From the IMG/VR virus record IMGVR_UViG_3300010354_000084, positions 233 to 64,232 of that record: DNA of 64,000 bases. One strand, written 5' to 3'. Shown here in pieces: positions 40,676 through 50,564 of the stretch. Numbering within the stretch: the stretch's first letter is position 1; each line of letters starts with the position of its first letter. Below the pieces are notes generated by a model, which was not told where the DNA came from, made no database searches, and saw only the letters and a list, made by a program, of their open reading frames with translations. A program made the position numbers and the translations under genes. The stretch comes from a virus (lineage: Duplodnaviria; Caudoviricetes).

Positions 40676-41557
40676 ATGCCTACAAGTCCTTATTTCCCCA
40701 CATACTATGGTGGTTATTCTGGGGAACAAAACCTACTACAAGATCTAACAGACGAACAAATTAAAATATTTGGTTCGGATATCTATTATCTACCTAGGAC
40801 TTTATTAATTGAAAACGGTCCTTTAGATGATATTATCTATTCAAAATATAAAAATCAATTTCAAGTCGAAATGCTTCTACAGAATGTAGAAGGTTTTGGA
40901 AACCAATCAGAATTTATCAGTAAATTTGGATTAAGAATTACTGACGAAATTAGATTTGTTGTATCAGAAAGAAGATGGTTAGAAGCTTCTGCTGGTTATA
41001 CTTTAGAGATTCCAGAAAGACCTAACGAAGGTGATCTTTTATATGTTCCTCTCACAAAAGCTTTGTATGAAATTAAGTTTGTACAGAGAATTAGTCCTTT
41101 CTTCCAGTTAGGAAAGATTTACTTCTTCACCATTACGGCAGAAATTTATGAAATTGGTAGTGATGATATTGACACTGGTGTAGGAGAAATTGATGAAATT
41201 GAATTGTTATTCAGTTCTGCTATAGGATTAATTATGAATGCTGGCGGCATTGGAGATTTTGAACCTGGAGAATTGGTAACCAGTAATCCAGGTAACTTTA
41301 CCGCTAAAGTAAAATCATGGAATCCCGACACAAGAGTATTACAACTAGTTGATAGAACTGGTAACTTCCAAGAAGGGGATACCATTACTGGAGATGATAG
41401 TGAATCTATTTGGGAGGTAGGAACCTTTGACACTCTAAATAATACTAATAGCGCATACGATAAGAATAGAGATTTTGAAGATGCTGGTGACGATATAGTT
41501 GACTGGGCAGAAAGAAATCCTTTCGGTGAATATGGTAATTTTACAGGTAGTATCTGA
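40676..41557 (+). CDS. gp14: Neck protein gp14
   Basis: EQ.L..DL..EQIKIFG.DIYYLPR, SKFGL...DE, RPNEGDLLY.P, PFFQLGK, NPFGE. Confidence 0.92.
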   Translation: MPTSPYFPTYYGGYSGEQNLLQDLTDEQIKIFGSDIYYLPRTLLIENGPLDDIIYSKYKNQFQVEMLLQNVEGFGNQSEFISKFGLRITDEIRFVVSERRWLEASAGYTLEIPERPNEGDLLYVPLTKALYEIKFVQRISPFFQLGKIYFFTITAEIYEIGSDDIDTGVGEIDEIELLFSSAIGLIMNAGGIGDFEPGELVTSNPGNFTAKVKSWNPDTRVLQLVDRTGNFQEGDTITGDDSESIWEVGTFDTLNNTNSAYDKNRDFEDAGDDIVDWAERNPFGEYGNFTGSI

Positions 41558-42366
41558 TGTTAGGACAACATTTTTATAACGAAGCAATAAAGAAAACCGT
41601 TGTCGGTTTTGGAACTTTATTTAATAATATTGAGATAAGAAAGATAGATCCTAGTACAGGAGATGTTTTAGAAGTAGAAAAAGTTCCAATTGCTTATGGT
41701 CCAAAGCAAAAGTTCTTAACTCGCCTTGAACAAAATTTAGACACCACCTCAAAAAGAAGAGTAGCAATTGTGCTACCAAGAATTTATTTTGAACTTTCTA
41801 ATGTTTCTTATGATTCTTCTAGGAAGACAAGTCCTGTACAAAAGTACAGATCAATTATCGATGATAATGGCAATGAAGTAAGAGTTCAATATGTTCCAGT
41901 TCCTTATAATTTAGATTTTGAATTAGGTATCATTGCTAAGAATCAGGATGATGGATTACAAATTCTGGAACAAATTCTACCATTCTTCCAACCAAATTTC
42001 AACATCACTCTCAATATGATTCCTGATATGAATGAAAAGAAAGATGTTCAGATTTGTTTAAACAATATTAATTATGAAGATGATTGGGATGATGATTTCC
42101 TATCTAGAAGAACAATTGTTTGGACTTTAAACTTTACTGCTAAATCTTATATCTATGGTCCATTCAATCAAGCTGATATTATTCGTAAGGCAATGGTTTA
42201 TGAAACTGTCGGTGACTTAGATCAAAACAAACGTAATGCCAAATTTACATATACACCAAAAGCATTAGAAGATAATAATGAGGATGGTGTGATAAATGAG
42301 GATGATGATTTACTAGTAATGCCAGATGATGATTTTGGTTTTAATGAAGGTATCGAACTATTGTAA
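41557..42366 (+). CDS. gp15: Tail terminator / sheath stabiliser gp15
   Basis: FY.E...KTVVGFGTLFNNI, VPIAYGPKQKFL.RL, PVPYN..FEL, QILEQILPFFQP, F.AKSY.YGP. Confidence 0.93.
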   Translation: MLGQHFYNEAIKKTVVGFGTLFNNIEIRKIDPSTGDVLEVEKVPIAYGPKQKFLTRLEQNLDTTSKRRVAIVLPRIYFELSNVSYDSSRKTSPVQKYRSIIDDNGNEVRVQYVPVPYNLDFELGIIAKNQDDGLQILEQILPFFQPNFNITLNMIPDMNEKKDVQICLNNINYEDDWDDDFLSRRTIVWTLNFTAKSYIYGPFNQADIIRKAMVYETVGDLDQNKRNAKFTYTPKALEDNNEDGVINEDDDLLVMPDDDFGFNEGIELL

Positions 42367-42369
42367 AAT

Positions 42370-42783
42370 ATGAACGAGTTTGAAAAAAATATGGAACAAA
42401 TATTTGATATCGAGATTGAACAATCTCAAGAATCTCCTATCGTAGAGTTACCAAAAAATAAACAAGACCCAGAAAAAGATTATGAATATACCAGAGGTCA
42501 ATTATATGACCTCATAGAGAAGGGTCAGGAGGCGGTACAAGGCGCTTTAGAGGTGGCACAGGAGTCAGGGCACCCTAGAGCGTATGAGGTCGCTGTGAAC
42601 GCTATGAAGCAGGTCTCAGACATGACTGATAAACTTATTGATCTTCAAAAGAAGATGAAGGATCTTGATGCTCCCGTAAAAGGTAATGGACCTACTACAG
42701 TTAATAATACTATGTTTGTTGGGTCAACTGCTGATCTTCAGAAGATGCTCAAAGACATGAGCAAGAAAGAGTCAGAAGAATAA
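42370..42783 (+). CDS. gp16: Terminase small subunit gp16
   Basis: DYEYTRGQLY.LIEKGQEA, HPRAYEV, NNTMFVGSTADLQKML. Confidence 0.92.
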   Translation: MNEFEKNMEQIFDIEIEQSQESPIVELPKNKQDPEKDYEYTRGQLYDLIEKGQEAVQGALEVAQESGHPRAYEVAVNAMKQVSDMTDKLIDLQKKMKDLDAPVKGNGPTTVNNTMFVGSTADLQKMLKDMSKKESEE

Positions 42784-42807
42784 ATATAAAATAAACGGTA
42801 AATAAAA

Positions 42808-43083
42808 ATGAGATTGAAAATTTTAGGGCAAGAAGCTGCTCTTCCCACAACTGCTAATACTGCCACAACTGTAAACGGAGCGACAGAAGTTCGTATTTTA
42901 CATGATGCTGGTGGTAATGAGACACATCTAGTTACTATAACTGATGGAGAGGCAACTCCAGCAACTGTAGCATCTTTTAGTATGACTCCTGGAACAACTC
43001 TAGTGATTAGGAAATTACCTACCCAAAAAATATATGCAGCAAATAATGATGTAAGAGCTGTTTCGGTTTCATATCAAGCATGA
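42808..43083 (+). CDS. Small conserved cyanophage hypothetical protein (possibly virion)
   Basis: Preceded by AATAAATA (42779-42786); ATGA overlap with the next gene. Confidence 0.7.
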   Translation: MRLKILGQEAALPTTANTATTVNGATEVRILHDAGGNETHLVTITDGEATPATVASFSMTPGTTLVIRKLPTQKIYAANNDVRAVSVSYQA

Positions 43084-43709
43084 AAAAGAAAGTTTCTACA
43101 GAGAAAGAAATTGCCAAGAAACATGGTGTTGATGTTAAATATATTGTAACACAAGCGGAAATTGGTTCTACTGTAGAACGAGAGCATGTGACTACACACG
43201 AAGAAGCGTATGGCATTGCTCTTCAGCATCTAGACGAATTTCCAGATTACTACAAGCACTTACTCAAGATGGAAAAGCAACTTAAAAAAGAATGGAAGAA
43301 CGGTAAGAAAAAAACTTACAAGGATATTAAAGAGTCCATTAAACTTCATGAAAATCATATTGCTGTTGCCATGGGTAGAGAGTTAGATGATGAAGGTGGT
43401 ATGATCATGAGTCAACTAGATACGATTGAACGTTCTGTTAATCGTTTACGTGAAGTTGTAAAAGATCCTAAGATGCAACTTCCAGGTTGGGTACAATCTA
43501 AAGTAACTCTTGCTTGTGATTATATTGATACCGCTTCAGAATATATGAGCGGCAAAAATGAAGAGGTTGTTTACGAAGAAGAAAAGAAAGAAAAGGAAGA
43601 AAAAAAGTTTTGTAGACTCTGCCAAAAACCAGAAACACAAAAAGAATGTTCTTATGGACCTAAAGCTTGGGAAAGATTTAGTGTTCCTATTCCAAGTGTT
43701 AAGAAGTAA
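43080..43709 (+). CDS. Hypothetical composite protein: DUF5661-like VE.EH...IALQHL.E.PDYY module, LPGWVQSK module and Cys-rich tail
   Basis: Motifs read from the translation; ATGA coupling. Confidence 0.65.
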   Translation: MKKKVSTEKEIAKKHGVDVKYIVTQAEIGSTVEREHVTTHEEAYGIALQHLDEFPDYYKHLLKMEKQLKKEWKNGKKKTYKDIKESIKLHENHIAVAMGRELDDEGGMIMSQLDTIERSVNRLREVVKDPKMQLPGWVQSKVTLACDYIDTASEYMSGKNEEVVYEEEKKEKEEKKFCRLCQKPETQKECSYGPKAWERFSVPIPSVKK

Positions 43710-43781
43710 ATATGTGTAAACGGTAACTTGACGTTACACAATTCACATATATAATAAGATTACCGTCTTAAGGTAAGACTT

Positions 43782-44018
43782 ATGAATACTAAAAACTGCC
43801 CCAAGTGTGGAGCAACCTGGATCGATGGACAACATTATTGGAACGGAACCAATAAAAAAGGAGATGAAACTGAACTCGCTTCTTTAGTCTGTGATAGGTT
43901 TGGTGATGATACTTGTATCAATCAAATGAAAGGTACAACGAAAGGTGATGGATGGCAGAAGAGATTAGAAAATATGGAAGATTTAAAGTACGATCATTAT
44001 AAACGAAATTATGGCTGA
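43782..44018 (+). CDS. Small Cys-rich hypothetical protein (CPKCGA.W.DG..YW)
   Basis: Four Cys; overlaps the start of g17. Confidence 0.7.
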   Translation: MNTKNCPKCGATWIDGQHYWNGTNKKGDETELASLVCDRFGDDTCINQMKGTTKGDGWQKRLENMEDLKYDHYKRNYG

Positions 44019-45660
44019 TACTGGTGTATATCTTGGTAATCCTTTATTAAAAAAAGCAAACGTTCCTCATGATTGGACAAAGGAACAAATTCACGAATAC
44101 TTAAAATGTAAAGAAGATCCTGTTTACTTTGCTCTTAACTACGTAAAAATCGTTTCTGTCGATGAAGGATTAATTCCTTTTAGAATGTATGACTTCCAGA
44201 AAGAACTAGTTAATAGATTTCACAACAACAGATTCAACATCGCTAAATTACCAAGACAGACAGGAAAATCTACAGTTGTGGTTTCCTATTTGCTTCACTA
44301 TGCATTGTTTAATGATAGTGCCAATATTGGTATTCTAGCAAACAAAGCATCAACTGCTAGAGACCTATTGGGAAGATTACAAACAGCATACGAGAATCTT
44401 CCTAAGTGGTTACAGCAAGGTGTTCTTGTTTGGAACAAAGGATCTATGGAACTAGAAAATGGTTCCAAAATTATGGCGGCATCCACTTCAGCATCTGCTG
44501 TACGAGGCATGTCATTTAATATTATCTTCTTGGACGAATTTGCTTTCGTTCCAAATCATATTGCGGATGACTTTTTCTCATCTGTATATCCTACCATTTC
44601 ATCAGGTCAGAAAACAAAAGTTATTATTATTTCTACACCTTATGGTATGAACCACTTCTATAAGTTGTGGGTTGATGCTCAAAATAAAAGAAACAATTAT
44701 ATTTGGACGGAAGTTCACTGGTCAGAAGTTCCTGGTCGTGATGCTAAATGGAAAGAAGAAACAATCAAGAATACTTCCGAACGACAGTTCACTCAGGAAT
44801 TTGAATGTGAATTTTTAGGTTCGGTTGACACTCTCATTGCTGCTTCTAAACTAAGATCACTTGTATTTGACACTCCAATTAGTACTAATAAAGGTTTAGA
44901 TATTTACGAAAAACCACAAGAAAAATCTGAGTATATTATTACTGCTGATGTCAGTAGAGGTATCGGTGGAGATTATTCGGCATTTATTGTTTTCGATATT
45001 ACTACAGTACCATATAAAGTTGTAGCAAAATATAGAAATAATGAAATAAAACCTATGTTGTTTCCAAACATCATTAATGATTTGGCAAGAGCATATAATA
45101 ATGCTTATGTATTATGTGAGGTTAATGATATTGGAGATCAAGTAGCATCTATTCTTAACTATGATTTAGAATATCCTAATGTATTAATGTGCTCAATGAG
45201 GGGTAGAGCAGGTCAAATTGTTGGACAAGGATTTTCTGGAACTAAAACTCAACTTGGATTGAAAATGTCTATTACCGTTAAAAAAGTTGGGTGTGCTAAT
45301 TTAAAAACAATGGTAGAAGATGACAAGCTATTGTTTAGAGATTATGAAATTATATCTGAGCTTACCACATTTATTCAGAAAAAGCAATCTTTCGAAGCTG
45401 ATGAAGGATTCCACGACGATCTTGTAATGTGTCTTGTAATATTTGCTTGGTTAGCAGTACAAGATTATTTTAAGGAGATGACTGATAATGATATACGTCA
45501 AAGAATTTATGAAGAGCAAAAGAATCAAATTGAGCAGGATATGTCTCCATTTGGATTTATTGTTACAGGTCTTGAGGGTGACGAAGGTATTGTAACTAAT
45601 GGAAGTTTATGGGAGTATGGAGAAACTCAAGAAGATGTATCTTATATGTGGAATTATTAA
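44011..45660 (+). CDS. gp17: Terminase large subunit gp17
   Basis: Walker A PRQTGKST, Walker B IIFLDEFAF, STPYG, nuclease ADVSRG.G.DYS, HDDLVM. Confidence 0.96.
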   Translation: MADTGVYLGNPLLKKANVPHDWTKEQIHEYLKCKEDPVYFALNYVKIVSVDEGLIPFRMYDFQKELVNRFHNNRFNIAKLPRQTGKSTVVVSYLLHYALFNDSANIGILANKASTARDLLGRLQTAYENLPKWLQQGVLVWNKGSMELENGSKIMAASTSASAVRGMSFNIIFLDEFAFVPNHIADDFFSSVYPTISSGQKTKVIIISTPYGMNHFYKLWVDAQNKRNNYIWTEVHWSEVPGRDAKWKEETIKNTSERQFTQEFECEFLGSVDTLIAASKLRSLVFDTPISTNKGLDIYEKPQEKSEYIITADVSRGIGGDYSAFIVFDITTVPYKVVAKYRNNEIKPMLFPNIINDLARAYNNAYVLCEVNDIGDQVASILNYDLEYPNVLMCSMRGRAGQIVGQGFSGTKTQLGLKMSITVKKVGCANLKTMVEDDKLLFRDYEIISELTTFIQKKQSFEADEGFHDDLVMCLVIFAWLAVQDYFKEMTDNDIRQRIYEEQKNQIEQDMSPFGFIVTGLEGDEGIVTNGSLWEYGETQEDVSYMWNY

Positions 45661-45890
45661 TGGATATAGAAGATCAATTCTCTTTGGGTCATCTTCTTTT
45701 TAAAGAAAGGAAGTGTAGAGCATGTGGTAAAATAAAAGATTTGTTATCTGATTTTTATTTAACTCGTAAAGATAGAGCAACTGCTTTATCTGCTTATTCA
45801 TATGAATGTAAAGAGTGTACTATAAAGCGGGTAATTATTAGTAGAATGACTACAGCAGTATTTGATAAGTGGGAATATCCTGACTGGTAA
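45660..45890 (+). CDS. Small zinc-finger-like protein (CRAC...CKEC)
   Basis: TAATG overlap with the g17 stop favours ATG 45660 over the listed 45609; two CxxC pairs; ends WEYPDW. Confidence 0.7.
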   Translation: MDIEDQFSLGHLLFKERKCRACGKIKDLLSDFYLTRKDRATALSAYSYECKECTIKRVIISRMTTAVFDKWEYPDW

Positions 45891-45930
45891 ATTGTTCATG
45901 TAGTGTTTCCCCACTGAAAAGAATCAAAAT

Positions 45931-45938
45931 CATAAATA
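45931..45938 (+). promoter_or_regulatory. Late promoter CATAAATA upstream of g18
   Basis: Intergenic; followed by SD GAGGAG. Confidence 0.7.
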
Positions 45939-45977
45939 ATTTTAGTTAAAAAATGACATCTTTTAGAGGAGAAAAAC

Positions 45978-47951
45978 ATGGCAAGTCAAGTCTCGCCTGG
46001 AATTATATTAAAGGAGCGTGATTTATCTAATGCCGTAATTGTTGGTGCTCAGCAGATTACAGCTGGTTTTGCTTCGACCTTCAAAAAAGGTCCTATCGAT
46101 CAGATTGTAAATATCAGTTCACAAAAACAATTTATTGATGTTTTCGGAAAACCATCAGATTCAAACGCCGAAGATTGGTTTGTTGCTTCTGAATTTTTAA
46201 GCTATGGTGGTAGATTAGCAGTAATTCGTGCTACCACTAATGTATTAAATGCTGCTTCAGATGGTGGTGTTTTAGTTAAAAATGATTTAGATTGGATGTC
46301 GGGTGGAACAGTATCCGACTACGTTATCGCCAGATCAGCGGGGCAGTGGGGTAATTCACTTTTAGTTGCTTTTATTGATAGAGGTGCCGATCAAGTTTTA
46401 ACCCTAGCAGCTGCTCCAACAGATATTAATCTAAGTATAGGATCAACAATTGAGATTGCTGTAAATTCTATAGAAGATACTGTATCTGCTAGAGTTTATC
46501 AATGGGATGCTACGACTTTAAAATTATCTATTATTTTAGATGATCCAACAGTTTTAGTTGCTAGTGGTGATACGCTAAATGATGACGGTACTCCAAGATC
46601 AATTACTGCTGTTGCCGATTGGTATTCACAAGCAGAAATTACATATGGAATGGGACAAACAACTGGAATCAAATTATCTTCCGTTGCTCCACGCCCAGGA
46701 ACATCTGATTATGCCGCGGCAAATGGATTAAATTACGATGAAGTCCACGTTGCTGTTGTAGATTTAACTGGAGTTATTTCAGGATCTCCAAATACAATTT
46801 TGGAAAAATACGCCTATCTATCAAAACTTTCTGATGGAAAGAGTACTGAAGGTGCTAATACATATTACAGATCTGTAATTAATGAGCAGTCATCATATGT
46901 ATTTACTGGTCTTCATCCACAACCACAACTTTCAGGTTTAAATTGTGGAGAATCAGTAGAATCTTTAGATGGAGATACAGGTAATTTTGAATTACTTTTT
47001 GCCACAAGTTATTCTCTGTATGGTGGCACCGACGATTATCAGTATGATGCTGATGAAATTGGTTCGGCATATGATATTTTCTTAGATACCGAAGAAACCA
47101 ATATTGACTTTGTTCTTATGGGCGGATCAATGGCATTAGAAAGTGCTACCAAACAAAAGGCTGCTAAAGTTATTGCTATTGCTGCTTCTAGAAAAGATTG
47201 TGTGGCATTTGTATCGCCACACAAAGGAAATCAAATTGGTGCTAATGGAGCATTAACTTCATCTCAGCAAAAGTTAAATACAATTAATTTCTTTAATGGT
47301 TTAACTTCAACATCATATGCTGTATTTGATAGTGGTTACAAGTATATGTACGATAGATTTAATGATAAGTATCGTTACATTCCATGTAATGGTGATATCG
47401 CTGGTCTATGTGTTGCCACTTCAGCATCTTTAGATGATTGGTATTCACCAGCTGGTCTAAACAGAGGTTCATTACGTAACGCTGTTAAACTTGCTTACAA
47501 TCCAAATAAAGCTGACAGAGATGAATTATATCAGGTAAGAATTAATCCTATTGTTTCTTTCCCTGGTTCTGGTGTAACATTGTTTGGAGACAAGACTGCT
47601 CTTGCTTCTCCAAGTGCTTTTGATCGTATTAACGTTCGCCGCCTCTTCCTCAATATTGAGAAGAGAGTAGAAGGACTTGCTAAGCAAGTTCTATTTGAAC
47701 AGAATGATGAGATCACAAGATCTTCATTCTCAAGTGCCGTTAATTCCTACATGGCAGAAATTCAAGCAAGAAGAGGCGTGACCGACTTCTTGGTTGTTTG
47801 TGATGAATCAAACAATACACCTGATGTTATTGATCGTAACGAATTTGTTGCTGAAGTTTATATCAAGCCAACTCGTTCCATCAACTACGTAACAGTAACC
47901 TTTACTGCTACTAAGACTGGTGTTTCGTTTGCTGAAGTAATTGGTCAATAA
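45978..47951 (+). CDS. gp18: Tail sheath protein gp18
   Basis: SPGI..KE.DL, W.SPAG.NRG, RDELY...INP, GDKT....SAFDRINVRRLF, IKPTRSINY. Confidence 0.96.
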   Translation: MASQVSPGIILKERDLSNAVIVGAQQITAGFASTFKKGPIDQIVNISSQKQFIDVFGKPSDSNAEDWFVASEFLSYGGRLAVIRATTNVLNAASDGGVLVKNDLDWMSGGTVSDYVIARSAGQWGNSLLVAFIDRGADQVLTLAAAPTDINLSIGSTIEIAVNSIEDTVSARVYQWDATTLKLSIILDDPTVLVASGDTLNDDGTPRSITAVADWYSQAEITYGMGQTTGIKLSSVAPRPGTSDYAAANGLNYDEVHVAVVDLTGVISGSPNTILEKYAYLSKLSDGKSTEGANTYYRSVINEQSSYVFTGLHPQPQLSGLNCGESVESLDGDTGNFELLFATSYSLYGGTDDYQYDADEIGSAYDIFLDTEETNIDFVLMGGSMALESATKQKAAKVIAIAASRKDCVAFVSPHKGNQIGANGALTSSQQKLNTINFFNGLTSTSYAVFDSGYKYMYDRFNDKYRYIPCNGDIAGLCVATSASLDDWYSPAGLNRGSLRNAVKLAYNPNKADRDELYQVRINPIVSFPGSGVTLFGDKTALASPSAFDRINVRRLFLNIEKRVEGLAKQVLFEQNDEITRSSFSSAVNSYMAEIQARRGVTDFLVVCDESNNTPDVIDRNEFVAEVYIKPTRSINYVTVTFTATKTGVSFAEVIGQ

Positions 47952-47982
47952 TTTCATCACGAACTTTACGAGGTAAAAGACA

Positions 47983-48606
47983 ATGGCAACAAAAATTTCT
48001 AACTTTATAGCAGAAATCGGACAAGGCGTAAAGCCTAATATGTTCTATGTGGAGATTCCTTTCCCAACTGCTTCAAATGGTCTAAAGCAAGGAACAGTTA
48101 GCACTGCTGATCAAACTACAGTTAATCTTCTTTGTAAATCTGCTGCTCTTCCAGCATCAAACTTAGGTGTTATTGAAGTTCCTTTCCGTGGAAGAACTGT
48201 AAAAATTGCTGGAGACAGAACATTTGATACTTGGACTGCTACGTTCTTTAACGATAAGAACATGATTATTCGTGGTTTATTTGAGCAATGGTTAGAGGCT
48301 ATTAACACTCATGATGGCAACACTGCTCCACTATTCACACCTTCTGTGGATGGAACCACTGGTTATGCTCAACTTCTAAAAGTTAAGCAACTCGAAAAGA
48401 ATTCAGCTGCTGAACCAACAACTGCTTCCATTCTTAGAGAGTATCAGTTACACTATGCTTTCCCAACTAATGTTTCTCAAATTGATCTTGCTTATGATAG
48501 CAACGATCAGATTGAAGAATTTACAGTTGAATTCCAGTATTCATACTGGACAGTGGAAGCTGCTGGCACAAGATCAGGTTCTTCAAACCGTATTGTAAAT
48601 CAGTAA
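47983..48606 (+). CDS. gp19: Tail tube protein gp19
   Basis: LCK.A.LP.S..G.IEVPFRGR..KIAGDRTFD.W; FPT.VS.IDL.YD..D.IEEFTVEFQY.YW. Confidence 0.96.
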   Translation: MATKISNFIAEIGQGVKPNMFYVEIPFPTASNGLKQGTVSTADQTTVNLLCKSAALPASNLGVIEVPFRGRTVKIAGDRTFDTWTATFFNDKNMIIRGLFEQWLEAINTHDGNTAPLFTPSVDGTTGYAQLLKVKQLEKNSAAEPTTASILREYQLHYAFPTNVSQIDLAYDSNDQIEEFTVEFQYSYWTVEAAGTRSGSSNRIVNQ

Positions 48607-48639
48607 TAAATAGTTTATACGCTGATATAACCCAATACC

Positions 48640-50370
48640 ATGAGTCAATTATTTGGTTTCCTAATTAATAAAAAGGGGGAGCAAAGAGGTCAATCTCCTG
48701 TTCCCCCCAATGCTGATGATAACGTAGCCACCGTAGCAGGTGGCTATTTTGGCACATATGTTGATACGGAAGCTGTTGCAAAAAATGAGTATGAGTTAAT
48801 TAAAAGATATAGAGACATGTCTCTACATCCAGAATGTGATTCTGCTGTCGATGAAATTGTCAATGAGTTTGTTGTTAGTGATGCAGATGATTCCCCAGTA
48901 GAAATAGAACTATCTAATTTAGAAATTAGTGATACTCTCAAATCAAAAATTATTGCTGAGTTTAATTATATTAAAAGACTTTTAAAATTTGACAAAAAAT
49001 GTCATCAGATTATTCGTAATTGGTATGTGGATGGAAGGATATATTACCACAAAGTTATAGATTTAGACAACCCAAAAAAAGGTATCTTAGAATTGAGGTA
49101 TGTAGATCCTCTAAAATTAAGAAAAGTAAGACAGCAAATTAAGGATCCAAAAGCAGATTCTCATACAGTTAGAGGCACTGCTCTTGAATATGATTGGGGA
49201 GATTACATTGAATATTATCTTTACAATCCAAAAGGATTTGCTACATCTTTACCATCAAATTCACCATCAGATTTTTCAACTGCCAATGGAATCAAGATTG
49301 CTTTAGATTCTATTGCTTATGCTGATTGTGGTGTAAAAGATTTAAATAAAAAGATGACCTTGAGCTTTATGCATAAAGCAATCAAGGCACTCAATCAGTT
49401 AAGAATGATTGAGGACTCTCTTGTTATCTACAGACTTTCTCGTGCTCCAGAGCGTAGAATTTTTTATATTGATGTAGGTAATCTTCCGAAGGTTAAGGCA
49501 GAGCAATACCTTCGTGAAGTTATGGCTCGTTATAGAAATAAACTTGTTTATGATGCTGGGACAGGAGAGATTCGTGATGATAAAAAGCATATGTCTATGC
49601 TTGAAGATTTCTGGTTACCTCGCCGTGAAGGTGGTAGAGGAACTGAGATCACTACACTGCCAGGCGGTCAGAACCTTGGTGAACTCAAGGATGTTGAGTA
49701 TTTCAGAAAGAAACTTTACAACTCACTCAACTTACCACCTTCCCGCCTTACGGATGACAACAAAGGGTTTAATCTTGGTAAGACCACTGAGGTTCTCAGG
49801 GATGAACTTAAGTTCACTAAATTCATCGGTCGTCTCCGTAAGCGTTTCAGCGAACTATTTCACGATATTCTCAAGACCCAATTAATTCTCAAAGGTATTA
49901 TTACCCCAGAAGATTGGGAAGATATGGAAGAGCATATTCAATATGACTATCTCTTCGATAATCACTTCAACGAATTAAAAGAACAAGAATTAAATCTCCA
50001 AAGGATCTCACTTGTTACACAAATGGATCCGTTTGTTGGTAAATATTTTTCTGTTGAATATATCCGTCGCCAAGTATTGATGCAAACTGAGCAGGAATAT
50101 AAGGAAATGGATAAGCAGATGAAGAAAGAAATTAATAAAGGATTGGCAATTAGTCCAATTGATACAAATAATCTTGATCTTATGGATCGCCAAAACAGTG
50201 CTATGGCACCAGAACTGGCAGATATTCAAGCACAAGATTCATTTGCTAGAGAGCAAGATTCTGCAGATAAAGCATTCGATAGGAATGAAAAGTCAGCTGA
50301 TGCTGCTCATAGTAGAGAAATGAAATCTATGAGAGCTCAACCAAAACCAAAATCTAGTTCTAATAAATAA
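48640..50370 (+). CDS. gp20: Portal vertex protein gp20
   Basis: YRLSRAPERRIFYIDVGNLPKVKAEQYL, MLEDFWLPRREGGRGTEITTLPGGQNLGE; preceded by AATAAATA (48605-48612). Confidence 0.97.
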   Translation: MSQLFGFLINKKGEQRGQSPVPPNADDNVATVAGGYFGTYVDTEAVAKNEYELIKRYRDMSLHPECDSAVDEIVNEFVVSDADDSPVEIELSNLEISDTLKSKIIAEFNYIKRLLKFDKKCHQIIRNWYVDGRIYYHKVIDLDNPKKGILELRYVDPLKLRKVRQQIKDPKADSHTVRGTALEYDWGDYIEYYLYNPKGFATSLPSNSPSDFSTANGIKIALDSIAYADCGVKDLNKKMTLSFMHKAIKALNQLRMIEDSLVIYRLSRAPERRIFYIDVGNLPKVKAEQYLREVMARYRNKLVYDAGTGEIRDDKKHMSMLEDFWLPRREGGRGTEITTLPGGQNLGELKDVEYFRKKLYNSLNLPPSRLTDDNKGFNLGKTTEVLRDELKFTKFIGRLRKRFSELFHDILKTQLILKGIITPEDWEDMEEHIQYDYLFDNHFNELKEQELNLQRISLVTQMDPFVGKYFSVEYIRRQVLMQTEQEYKEMDKQMKKEINKGLAISPIDTNNLDLMDRQNSAMAPELADIQAQDSFAREQDSADKAFDRNEKSADAAHSREMKSMRAQPKPKSSSNK

Positions 50371-50390
50371 AACATAACATCAACGTAATT

Positions 50391-50564
50391 ATGGAAACCT
50401 CATTAGATATTGTAAATTTAATTCATGACAATAAAAGGTCAGATGCTCTTGACAAGATCGAAGATCTTTTATACAAGAGAGCTGCCGAAGTGATTGATGA
50501 TTATAAAAAGGTAGTTGCTTCAACTTACTTTGATGAACCAACGGAACAATCAGAAGAACAATGA
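50391..50564 (+). CDS. Small prohead core protein (gp67 position), 57 aa, below the ORF-track cut-off
   Basis: METSLDIVNLIHDNKRSDALDKIEDLLYKRAAEVIDDYKKVVASTYFDEPTEQSEEQ; late box AATAAATA at 50362-50369; ATGA overlap with g21. Confidence 0.75.
   Translation: METSLDIVNLIHDNKRSDALDKIEDLLYKRAAEVIDDYKKVVASTYFDEPTEQSEEQ

Noticed and set aside
43723-43737. Possible NtcA box GTAACTTGACGTTAC
   Set aside because: Spacing is GTA-N9-TAC, not the canonical GTA-N8-TAC.
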